Part shown: piece after piece, positions 25,028 through 37,038 of the stretch
Position numbering within the stretch: position 1 is the stretch's first letter
Layout of the letters: each line of letters opens with the position of its first letter
Assembly (NCBI RefSeq): GCF_001194135.2
Contig: NC_068986.1
Location: 11,006,524 to 11,070,523 of the forward strand
DNA length: 64,000 nt
Reading direction: 5' to 3'
DNA from: Octopus bimaculoides
Lineage: Eukaryota
Translations under genes and position numbers: made by a program
The notes under the pieces: generated by a model
Database searches by the model: none
What the model saw: only the letters and a program-made list of their open reading frames with translations
Told to the model about the DNA's origin: nothing

Positions 25028-25248
25028 TTGGGGAAATTTCGAACCTGGGTTCTCATTCCTAAGGTATTTTTCAATATTGTTATCATTATTCAGGTCACTG
25101 CCTGGAATTGAACTTGGAATCTTGGGGTTAGTAGCCCATGCTCTTAACCAATTTGCCATATGCCCACGGGCATATGACAGTGACCTGAATAATACTAATA
25201 TTGAAAAATACCTTAGGAATGAGACCCCAAGTTCAAAATTTCCCCCAA

Positions 25249-25291
25249 GACACCTGATGAAGGCTGGAGAGTGTATCAGCCGAAACGTGTT
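25249..25291 (+). ncRNA. Hammerhead motif with 3-nt deletion at the cleavage site
   Basis: GACAC-CTGATGA-A-GGCTG-gagagtgtat-CAGCC-GAAAC-GTGTT. Confidence 0.65.
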
Positions 25292-26716
25292 AACAATAAA
25301 AAAGGTGAGGACAAATATCCGTCAAATGTAAATAATGTACATGATTCCTCATCTCTTAAATATAGAACTGTAATATTGAGATATTTATGTACTCTGAGAC
25401 TTAATAGATGAATGGTAGGAGATGAGACACTTAAGTATGAGAGCGAAAGAGCCAGAGTAGAACACATTTCTTGCTACAAAGGGAGCCACATGGCTACTCA
25501 TACTTTAGAAAAGAGGGTGATTGGGATGGAGCAAGGAATCAATAGAAATAACAATGACAAGCATCTGTGTGGACCTTCAAGGTATAAGGTGAACAGAAGA
25601 AAAAGGGAGCAGAACTGGAAGGTTCTAGGGTGGATGTCTAATTCTTTTAAGATTGAAAATTTACTTTTTTTTTTTTTTTTTNNNNNNNNNNTTTTTTTTT
25701 TTTTTTTTGCATTCCTGGACAGCTTCATAACATTCAACCACATACAGCTTTAACTTGTTTCAGTTGTTATACTGCAGCCATGCTGGAGCACCTCAGTACG
25801 ATTTTTTTTTTTAAGTACCAGTACTTGTAGAACTGCTAAATCGTGTGATCATAAACACACAGACGCAGAGATACGTGTGTGTACATGTTGGGCTTCTTTC
25901 AGTTTCTGTCTACCAAATCCACTCGCAAGGCTTTTGTCAGCCCAAAGCTATCGCAGAAGACACTTGCCCAAGGTGCCATGCAGTGGGACTGAACCTGGAA
26001 CCATGTGGTTGGGAAGCAAGCTTCTTACCACACAGCCATGCCTATGCCTCTATGAAAACTATTTTTTTTAGGAAGTAATGTACTTTTTAAAAAAAACCCA
26101 ATATGATACATTGAATTACATGGCACAATCTGGTTGACTGTATGACAATTTTCCTTTCCCTGGTGGCAGGCTTTTCATCTGGAATGCCACATGATGTGAC
26201 ACCTCCAGTGGCAACTTGGTGTGTTCAGCTACCACCCCAGGCTCCACTGATTGTCAGGCCAAGAAGAGAAAACTGTCAAATATCGGTGACTCTGTGACAG
26301 GTTTGTGGTGGTCAAGCCAGTGGCAATGGAAACCACTGGCATTCTTGGACCCCGTACCACATTTCTGCTCACTATCATCATTTAATATCCGCCTTCCATT
26401 CTGGCATGGGTTGGACGGTTTGACAAGAGCTGGCCAGGCAGAAGACTGTACCACACTTCTGTGTCTGTTTTGGCACACTTTTCACAGCTGGACACCCTTC
26501 CTAACACCAACCACCCAGAAGAATGCACTACAGGGATAATTGTCTGACAAGCCTTTTTAGATATTGTTCTGCTATGAGGAAGACGATAGATATAATGATT
26601 TAGGCAAAGCCTCACATATCATTTCCATAAGAAATAGCTTCTACATAAGGTAAGGTTGACAATGAATCAATAGGAACTTGTGTGTGTGTGTGCTTTATAT
26701 AGAATTCTGAACTTAC

Positions 26717-26787
26717 CTGTTTTGAAGACTTATGTGGAGGGCTGACACTGCCATCTAAGGATGGGTGGAGGGATAAAAATTCAGCTG
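26717..26787 (-). CDS. UBXN7: UBXN7 exon (AEFLSLHPSLDGSVSPPHKSSKQ)
   Basis: tagcag tandem acceptor, CAG|gtaagt; matches FLGEHGQLDGLSSSPPKK. Confidence 0.88.
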
Positions 26788-27599
26788 CTACAAAAGAAAA
26801 CAACAGAGTATAAGTTTAGCACCATATAGTGGTGGTCATAACAATTCAACTAGAACAACCACTACAACCATTAAGTTTCCTCAACGCAGCTGCACTGGTG
26901 TCAGGAGTGATTGCAGCTACTTTATATTAATTTGCGGTCATGCTGAAGCACCGCCTTTAATCAAACTAATCGATCCCAGGACTTATTCTTTGTAAACCTA
27001 ATACTTATTCTGTCAGTCTCTTTTGCCGAACCATTAGATTATGGGGACGTAAACACAGACACACACATGTATACAACAAGCTTCTTTCAGTTTCCGTCTA
27101 TCTACCAAATCCACTCACAAGGCTTTGGTTAGCCCGAGGCTATAGCAGAAGACATTTGCCTAAAGTGCCATGCAGTGGGACTGAACCTGGAACCATGTGG
27201 TTTGGAAGCAAGCTACTTACCACACAACCACAGAAGATATATTTGTTGAGCCTTTTTGAAAAGTCTATCTAACATTAATAAATGTAGGATTCCAAACAAA
27301 AGGGTCCAGCTAATGTGGAGGAAAATTACATTGTTTTTTTCCGTGTGTATTTCCTCCATAGGAGTTAATAAAAGACTAGGATGAATTCTACTTTATTGGC
27401 ACCAAATTTCCTTTCTTGGTCAGAACTATTTATACTGGTATAAGATTGCAGACCCCAACACATCTCTAACACCACCTATTTCTTTCTATCTCCCCCCTTC
27501 CTACTACTGCTAAGTGGCCCAGTAGCTCCTCTATACTAAGACAACTATCTCTCTGCACCTCTGTTATACCCTAACCTCTTGCTGGTACACAGCTACTTC

Positions 27600-29637
27600 C
27601 TTCAGTTGAGGGAAGGACTGGAACCGAAGGAAGTGGCAATTCATCCAACGGGTTCAAAGCATTATCGGTGGTGATCCAGAAAGTCAATTGAGAGTCACCA
27701 ACTTCAGATATCAGAGTGGACTATCAGAACTGTGGTGCACGAGAACATTCAAGTTGGATGTACTAAGGAGAATCCTATTCATATTTGCGAAAACACAGGA
27801 GAACTATTTAATCCTCCATGCCAAGTGGTTACTTAATGTCAAAAACCCTCACAAATATGTTTTGGTTCTTCTCCGAATAGAAAAACTTTGACCAAGACAA
27901 AAAATTCTAAACAGGAGAAATGAAAGGTGGTTCTGTGCATCCCTAGAGAGATGTACACTAAGTTTCCAGCAATTGTAACGGTTATATCATGTCCCCTCAT
28001 ATCTTAGAATTACTGCTGCTGGATACACTGAAGTGCTAGAGATAATTGTTAAACCCTGGATGAAGTACACAGTGGAAGGCTATATGTGCTTCAATAAAAC
28101 TGTTTCACAAAGCCTGTGTAACTCAAAAATGGATGTCGGACAATCTTTACAATGATCTAACACCAGACTTGTATTCTCTAACCCTTTCATTGCTATATTT
28201 CTGACCAAAATACATCCCTCATGAGTTTCAATTAAATTCTAAAATAATCATGAATTTAGACTACTGTAACTTTTTTTACTTATCAACATATTAATGTGAT
28301 ATTTGGAACATAATTAAAGAAAGAGTTCTTAATCAATTCTATTGCATAACTTTTGTCTCAAAGTGATTCTAATTACAGGTAAACTGAGTAAAATGTAAAA
28401 ATATTTAAATTTTGTTTAAACATTACCATAGAAAATGAATCATCAGCTAATATTCAATTGGGTATGCAACAAAATTTTGATATAGAAGAATTGTGCACAT
28501 CACTAGATTAGCAGTTGAATTTAATGCACAACAGAACAGGGGTACCATAAAGGTGAAATAGACTGAAATACTGGAATCCACTTAAATCCACTGCAAGTTT
28601 GACTGAGCTAAAAAAACTCTGTCAAAAAATAATATATGGCCCTGGTTATGGTATGGAAGTGATAAATTCCAGACCACATTGTACCCTAGGTCATACTGAC
28701 TAACATTATTTTCCCTGTATAAAAACTAAATCCACAGCAGTACCCAGTATTTGCTTCACAAATTTTCCAAACTTTGATCCACCATTTCGTGGACTTTCCT
28801 GGCATATACTGTTTGTTTACATTCTGTGTAACAGTTTGTTTCCGCAGTGATTGCTTCAAACAAGCATACTGAAAAAAAAATTAATATCTAACGGTTTCGC
28901 TTCCTAAGAAAGACTATGGCTAGACACCCCANNNNNNNNNNNNNNNNNNNNNNNNNNNNNNNNNNNNNNNNNNNNNNNNNNNNNNNNNNNNNNNNNNNNN
29001 NNNNNNNNNNNNNNNNNNNNNNNNNNNNNNNNNNNNNNNNNNNNNNNNNNNNNNNNNCCTCATTCATTCTTTTTCTCGATATCTCCATATTTTGTGTTGA
29101 AAAACTTTTAAATTTGGAGTCCCTGTTTGATAGCATGAAACTTCTATCCATTTTCGAAGTTGAAAAAGAAATCGATGCCAAAAAAAAAGTAGGAAAAAAT
29201 CTCCCAAAATTCACTGAGTTCAGATATCAGATCAAGCAATGTTGAATTCTGTAACTCAATTATTTACAAAGTGAAATCACGTATTTTCACAAATGTACTA
29301 ACAAGATTTGTGCTTAAATTCACATTTAAATAGCAATGGGTACTCTCCGCCCGCTATGGCCGGGTTGGTCTTATGAACCAAAATATTTTTTCGGCCAGCT
29401 ACAGCCAGGTTAGTATCGAAGGGGTTAAACTTGCTCTAAACTTCCACAGACTAATATACTTGGAACATTGTTGGAGGGGAGACTACTCAACATCCCCACA
29501 ATGTCATTGCTTCTCTGAGGGCCACCATCGTCCAGTTGATTTCCGAAATGTATAAGGACTATTTAGTGCCAATATATCAATAGTTCTGGTTCTGCACTGA
29601 AGCAGTCATCCAAGCTAAAGGTAGATTCATAGAATAA
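27600..29637 (+). mobile_element. DD37D mariner transposase fossil interrupted by a TTAA element
   Basis: WTIRTVVHE...WFFSE*KNFDQD...NRRNERWFC (27600-28177) resumes after 29428 with QHPHNVIASLRATIV...EAVIQAKGRFIE*. Confidence 0.8.
28182..29424. mobile_element. piggyBac-type non-autonomous insertion (may be two elements; contains an N-gap)
   Basis: ctaa|CCCTTTC ... GAAGGGG|ttaa. Confidence 0.65.
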
Positions 29638-30054
29638 TTTTATAGAAAAGCTTATCAAGAAGAGAAGCACAATCTTTTATTTGCAAGATTAGAGTTGTTT
29701 TATTATTCAATATGCCCTCAAATATCTCTTGCACCCTGTACATATCAAATTCTTTCACTATACATTTACAATCCAGGAACCAACACACCATTCTACTATA
29801 GGAAATATATGGTCAGTTTTTCCTACAGCCTGGTAGTGTGTGCACATAACACTTCCTTTCTGTCATTCTCCCCCCCCCCCNNNNNNNNNNNNNNNNNNNN
29901 NNNNNNNNNCTCCTTACCTCCTTTCACCTCTCTTCTTCAATAAACCAAGAATAAGCATAATTAAAGCTCGAAACTTTAAAACCTTTTAGACTTGTTCATT
30001 TAAGAGCTTATATAAAACAAAATATATATGAAATAAATAATCTCTTATTCTTAC

Positions 30055-30108
30055 CATATTCACAGAATTTGCTATGATCCAACTTGTTCCATTCCACTAA
30101 TTTTTCAC
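30055..30108 (-). CDS. UBXN7: UBXN7 exon (GEKLVEWNKLDHSKFCEY)
   Basis: catag|GT, G|gtaaga; phase 1 to 1; matches GQKLVEWHQLD. Confidence 0.92.
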
Positions 30109-30843
30109 CTATGGAGAGACACAGGACCGTGTTATGGTTTCATCATAAAAGATATAAAACTATAAGCAAAGACAAATCACAATTTCAGAATGTTAACCCT
30201 TTCAAGTCCATGTCTGCTGGTGGCATGTGCAGTAAATGTAGGCACCGCTGGTTTGCAGTGGTTTTATTTCCACTATGAGCTGTCTTTTTATGAGACAAAC
30301 TGGAGTGACAAGGAAGAAATATGATTTGGATCGCATTATATCATAGCTATTAACATACCTTTCACTGTGGTAGCCTTGGGTCGCATTGTGACATTTCAAA
30401 TTGTTAAGGCAGCTCTGGACTTGAAAAGGTTAAACAGACATTCTAGATAAGCAATGAAAAAAACAACTTCATAGAAATGGACAGAAACATTTTAAGGTCT
30501 TTTATGATGTAATAACTTTCAACAATGATCCACTTTTCTTTCAGAGCAGCAAAACATACGCTAACATGCACTATGACTAATAATCACCAGTATCATCATC
30601 ATCATCATCATCATACATCTGCTTTTCCATGCTTGCATGGATCAGACGGAATTTGCTTAGGCAGATTTTCTATGGCTGGATGCCTTTCCAATTGCCAACC
30701 TGCATCTGTTTCTTAGAAAGTAATATTTCCCTTGGCCAGAAATGTCTTCCAGTGAAGACTGAAAATAAACATCACTTCTATGATGATGATGATGATGATG
30801 TTCGTTTACAACCATCACACCAACGCAAGGGTAAACACACACG

Positions 30844-30882
<39 letters not shown>

Positions 30883-31649
30883 TTTGTAAACACACAATGG
30901 CTTCTTTCAGTTTTTGTCAACCAAATCCACTCATCACAAGGCTGGAGATATAGTAAAAAAACACTAATTCAAAGTGCTGTGCAGTGGGACAGAACTCGAG
31001 ACCACATGATTGGGAAGCATGCATCTGTCATCATCAAACCTCCTCTTCCAAATTGTCTTGTAATACAAAACAATCACCAAAGCAATTTTACTGAACATTG
31101 TACAATGTCAAAGCGGATTTCAATGAATGTTTGATAGTTTCATAATTGGATATTCTTTTCTACACTGAGCACAAGGCCCGAATTTTTTTTTTTTNNNNNN
31201 NNNNNNNNNNNNNNNNNNNNNNNNNNNNNNNNNNNNNNNNNNNNNNNNNNNNNNNNNNNNNNNNNNNNNNNNNNNNNNNNNNNNNNNNNNNNNNNNNNNN
31301 NNNNNNNNNNNGGGGGGGGTCGTCGATTAGATCAACCCTAGTACGCAACTGGTACTTTATCGACCCCCGGATGGATGAAAGGCAAAGTCGACCATGGCGG
31401 GATTTGAACTCAGAATGTAAAGACAGACAAAATACCGATAAGTATTTCACCCGATGTGCTAACGTTTCTGCCATAACTGGATACTCAACCTTACACACCC
31501 AATAAAGTTATTTTAGTGAGAAAATATTCTGCCCAACATACACACATTCGTTTTTGAGACTACTCCAATCTCAAATTCTAAAGAAACATACACATAAAGA
31601 GGCACCAAAACAAAAACAGCTATTTTATATTGCTGGCTCTTTTGCTTAC

Positions 31650-31740
31650 CTGTTTGAGGATCAAGAATGGCAATGTATGGCCAAATATTCACTTTATAAA
31701 ATTGCATATATTTACGACCCTCTTCACTGTCATGATATAC
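31650..31740 (-). CDS. UBXN7: UBXN7 exon (UAS domain VYHDSEEGRKYMQFYKVNIWPYIAILDPQT)
   Basis: actag|GTA, G|gtaagc; matches VYHDSEEGQRYIQFYK...ILDPRT. Confidence 0.95.
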
Positions 31741-32384
31741 CTAGTAACAAAAGAAAAGACAATATCATTACTGATTGTTGTTTATATTTTAAATAAAGAC
31801 AAAATGACAATGCCTGCTAAGTGCAGGGCTATTGCTGGAGCCAATATATTAGAAAAACAAACCAATATAAAGAATACATGCAACATATGACATACCCAGG
31901 CCCTTAATTGTGCATCTGTATCATTTTCTTTAAAATGTATAGATTGGGCTCCACAACCCAACCCCCATCCCTCCTCCATGTATTGCAACCTATCACCTCC
32001 TCCTCCTTCCCTCCTAAAGTGAAATTTGTCACTAGCCGAAGCCGCCACCACCTTGTTCCTCATTCATTACATTCACCTCTACCCCCATCTCTAACCAACT
32101 GTGTGCGTGTGTGTGTGCACACGCACATATATGGGTTTACACGCTGCCTACCAAATTTGGTTGGCCCAGGCAATAAAAGACACTTGCTTAAAGTACCATG
32201 CAGTGGGACTGAACTTAAAACCATATGGTTGAGAAGCAAACTTCTGAACCACACCCATGCCTGTGTCACTAACACAAAACTAAATCCTACACCCTCAACA
32301 ACTAAACCAATACAGGCCTACTTCACCTACTTCAACCAAATCTCCCTCAAATCACACGAAACTGTCTTAAAAATAGAAGGACTA

Positions 32385-34040
32385 TCTATCTATAATGTAT
32401 TAAAAGTCAGCTTGAATCTTGCTTGCTTGCTTGCAATGTTACCCAGCCAAACTGGTGCATAATGGGAAAATACTTTGAATTAAGTTTCCCCCTGAAATGT
32501 TAATACAAATGGAATAAAGTAAGTTTCGTGTATATCGGACAAGTGGTTTTTGAGATATTGGGGGTTTTCGGGGTATAAATATCCAAAACGGTGCATAATG
32601 GGAAAACATTCTGAAAATAGCTTAATCCTAAGAGGGAAGAAACGCTTACCTTTTGATTAGACACTGACTTGACAATGAAAAACTACAATTTGTCTTTTAC
32701 AGTAAATGTTTCTATTTTCGGTTTTGTTAACATTTTAATCATTTAGAAATATTTTTAAGTGAATGTGATTTCAAAAATGTAAGTTGCTTGTACAGTAAGT
32801 ATTTATACATTAGCTTTCTTTAAACAGACAATATTTTTATGCTTTTTTAAAACTATTTTCAAATAAATACCATTACAAAAATTTTATTTGGCATACTTAA
32901 AAAAATATTTTGAAGTGAAAATGACTTTAAAAATACATTAAATATTTCATAAAAAACTCATTTGTAAGCTCGGTGTGACAATTTTTTTCCATAGGTTTTT
33001 TTCGAGTGCATTCAATGTATCTCACCGCCAAAGATTTGGCTGCTATTTCTAGCACACCCTGCTACCATGTAACACCTATTTGCAATAAAGGACCTGAAAT
33101 ACCGGTTATGTGGTAGTAGGGTGTGCAGCAAATTAGCAGCCAAATCTTTCCTTTTCTGAGGAAAAGAGTCGTGATTTTGATGTCGCATTCGTTGAAAGCA
33201 TGCAAAATAACCTGGAAAAGAAGAAAAAAACCCACGGAACAAAACTCCATTGCTGAGAAATTTAGACATTCCCAGAGACCAAACAGGTCATGGGTAGTCT
33301 AGTACACTATTATAAGTGAAGTTCAGTCTTGCTTGCTTGCAATGTTACACAGCCAAACTGGCGCATAATGAGAAAATACTTAGAAAGTAAAGTGCTCCTG
33401 AAATGCAGATACAAACAGAATAAAATAAGTTTCGCGTAAATCGGACCAGTAGTTACTGAGATATTTGAGGTTTTGGGGTACAAATACCCAAATTGGTGCA
33501 TATCATCATCATTGTTTAACGTCCACTTTCCATGCTCGCATGGGTTGAACTTAATGGGAAAATACTCTGAAAAATAATTTAAACCTGGAAGGGAAGAAAC
33601 TCTAACTTTTCCATTAGACACATAATGATGGGCAAAATATTTTAAGTGAAAATGATTTTAAAAATACAGTAAATATTTTGTAAAAGATCCATTTGTAACC
33701 TCAGTGTGAAATAGTTTTTTCTATAGGTTTCTTTTAAGTGCATTCAAGGTATCTCACCTCCAAAGATTTGGCTGCTATTTCTAGCATGCTCTGCTACCAC
33801 ATAACAGCTATTTATGATAAAGGACCCGAAATACCTGTTACATGGTAGCAGGGCATGCAAGAAATAGCAGCCAAATCTTTCCTTTTCTGGGAAAAGGAGC
33901 CGTTTATGTGTGATTTCAATGTCACATTCATTGAAAGCATGGGAAATAACATGGAAAAGAGAAAAAAGCCCACAAAACAAAACTCTGTTGCTAGGAAACC
34001 CAGACTTCTCCAGTGATCCAACAGGTTACAGGTAGTCTAG
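32385..34040 (+). mobile_element. Head-to-tail dimer of a non-autonomous Helitron
   Basis: A|TCTATCTATA start; each unit ends with subterminal hairpin-like cccagagacc-aaaca-ggtcatggg (degenerate in unit 2) and CTAG|T (33302, 34040); units are homologous. Confidence 0.75.
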
Positions 34041-35212
34041 TACGAGATGAAAGCATTCCAAACATACATCTACAGTTATAGGATCTGTTGAACCAAGACA
34101 CACTGACCTGGCTCTCAACTAAATGATGACAAACTATCACTATTCAACATAGCTATTGTTTAGCAATGGTGTGATGACATTCGTCACAGCCTCTCTTAAT
34201 ATTTTGCTAGTAATTTTCCTCCTTCCATCATTTTTTGCTAATATCTACCATCATCTCTGTATCTTCCCCCCCTATTTCACAAGCCTCTTTCTCCAGCTGC
34301 TTTGTCAGGCTACCCACCCCACCATCTTACTCGATATTTCATTCTGATACCAAATACAATCACATACATCATTATATATGTTTTACCATGTAAGTAACAC
34401 ATTGTATGTGAATCCTAACATTCTGAGATTTAACCTTACCATTTCTTCCTATGTCTTATCTTGGCCATTCTATTGGACTGTCAGATAAATCTGGTCATTT
34501 CTTTCCAAAGTTACTTGAATTAAAACAAAAACCTATTTTTATCAGTGTTTTGTGGGGTTTTTTTGTAGCTGTATTCTTCCTCTACAACTTTTGGAAATTT
34601 GGAAAAAATACTGGAAAATTAAATTTGTAGGAAAGAAATGGAGAAAATGGTCATATTTATCTGACAACCTAACGCCATCCATTATTACACACACACTCTC
34701 ATGAGATATTTCTGTTCTATTAACCCTTTAGCACTTTAAACCAACCACATCTGGCCCAAATATTCTATTTTATGTTCAAAACAACCAGATCACATTACCT
34801 GTACTATGAAATTCTGAAAATAAACCATCACATCATTTAAATTTCAATGCTACAAGGATAATGCATGATTAATTGAAAACAATGTGAATAAATAGGGATT
34901 AGATCTGAGAGAAATTTGAAAGCTAAAAAGTTAAGCCTCTCACATCCATCCTTCATATAATTCTTTGATATTAATATTTTTTTATATACCCAGGCCTATT
35001 CCCCACTTTTTAAACAAGGGGTAGCCACAACAAGAAAGTAGTAGGGTGAGATTTGGTGTTAACCTTTTCCTACTCCCTTTTTTTTTTTTTTCCTCTCTTT
35101 TTAGGAATAATGAAATTACTAGGAAGAGTGGATTCCCAGTCCCTTCGTCCCCGCCCCTTACACCACGTAGGTAACACAGATATTAAAACAACCAATAACA
35201 TTAAATATTTAC

Positions 35213-35359
35213 CTGCCACAATATGAAATGCTCCTTCACAATATTTCGAACAGCACTGTTACTCCAGACATCTCGGTTGAGAGTTTGGCAAGCAAATTCC
35301 TGAACATTTTGAATGTTAACCATCAACCATCTGTTTTGGTTGGTTCCTTCTTCCCGGGC
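35213..35359 (-). CDS. UBXN7: UBXN7 exon (UAS domain ...WLMVNIQNVQEFACQTLNRDVWSN...HFILWQ)
   Basis: atcag|GCC, CAG|gtaaat; highly conserved UAS sequence. Confidence 0.96.
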
Positions 35360-36925
35360 CTGATGCAACAAGAAGAACATATTCATCATCACCAACATCA
35401 TCTTTAAAAAGTTTTTTCACATTTTAATATTACTAACAGAATTCTGGACAAAAATCTCAGAATTATTTTTAGTTCCATTCTTCTACGTTCCAAGTTCAAA
35501 CCCTATTGGGATCAGTCTTTTGCCTGTCAGTTTGCCATATGGGATAAAATAAGTGCCAGGCATTTCATTAGGGTGAGAGGGGAGTTGGATTTTTTTTCTT
35601 CACTTGCTTAAGTCATTAGACTGCAGCCTGGTACTTAATCTATTGGTCTCTTTTGCCAAACTGCTAAGTTATGGGGATGCAAACACACCAACACCAGTTG
35701 TCAATCAGTGGTAGGTGACAGACACAATGACACAACGGGCTTCTCTTAGTTTTCACCTACCAAATCCACCCAATGCTTTGATCAGCTATAGAAGACTATA
35801 GAAAACATTTGCCCACCAAGGAGCTACACAGTGAGACTGAACCTGAAACCATGTGGTTGGGAAGCTAACTTCTTGCCACTGAGGTCAGTGTGCCATATGT
35901 GAGAAAATAAGTGTCAGACATTCCATAAGGGAGACGGGGAGGTGTCTATTTCATCAAGACTAACCAGATACTAGTTTATTTATGAATTTGTACCAAAGCA
36001 AGTGGAAGTGACACTAATAGTGAAGCCATGATTCTTTTGGCAGGAAATCAAGTTGGTTAAGTCTGTGTGAGTCTATGCAATTACCTTCTTCTGTGGCCAT
36101 TCTTGATCAAGTGCGCCTCTTTAAATACCTCCTTTGATCAACCACTAAATTGGCTGCTACTAATGCTCTTACAATCCATATATGTGATTCCTCTCATCAA
36201 GAGGTTAGTTTAGACTAAAGAGTTTTCATATGCAAGAGGTGATGTCAGCCACAATCTACAACCTACTGAAAATGAACTCATAGTCTACAAAGAGCAGAAG
36301 CAGTTAACACATATAGATCCCTTTAGAACTTCAATTTTAATACAACCGAGTAAGATGGTCAATTTACTCTCTACAGACTAAAAGAAATTTAAAAAAAAAA
36401 GAAAAAAAAAAGAAATTATCCAAAATTCCAATTGTTAATAATTTTCATTCAGAAATAACTCACAAGGTGCATGGAGAACAAGAAGCATTCAAACAATAAT
36501 GTATCTATTCCTTCTTAGTACGTTCTGGCAGATTCAAATGTGGATATTTGAGTGCTATTGTTTTTCTGCATGAGATTCTCTCACTCTTCTGTGTGCACCC
36601 CATCATCATTATCATTTAATGTCCATTTTCCATCCTGGCATGGATTGGACAGATTGACAGGAGCTGGCAAGGCTTGGAGAGTTGCACCAGGCTCCAATTG
36701 TCTGTTTTGGCATGGTTTCTATGGTTGGAAGCCCTTCCTAATGCCAACCACTTTACAGAGTGTACCACAGGTGTTTTTTACGTGGCACCAGCACAAGAGC
36801 TTTTTACATGGCATGAGCAGTATGTGGTAATGTTACATACAGAAGCCAGTATAATGTTATATATAAAACCAGTATAATACTGTAATATACAAAGCCAGTC
36901 TAGTAAAAGTTTGAACAGCACTTAC

Positions 36926-37038
36926 ACTGGCAAAAGTTCCCTTAAATATGAGATCAATAGGCGGCCGAAACAGATCTTCCAATGTTTGGTGTTTTGATGT
37001 TATTGTGGAACTACGATGTAGCATCTCCTCCTGCTGAC
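36926..37038 (-). CDS. UBXN7: UBXN7 exon (...QTLEDLFRPPIDLIFKGTFAS)
   Basis: tttag|GT, AGT|gtaagt; LxDLFRPPIDL motif. Confidence 0.94.

Larger units (their letters stand above)
24934..25370. mobile_element. Inverted composite of the tRNA-headed, hammerhead-bearing element (minus copy 25165-24934; plus copy 25168-25370 with most of the tRNA head deleted)
   Basis: Palindromic junction catatgccc-ac-gggcatatg; flanked by gtaatattcaga (24922-24933) and gtaatattgaga (25370-25381). Confidence 0.85.
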
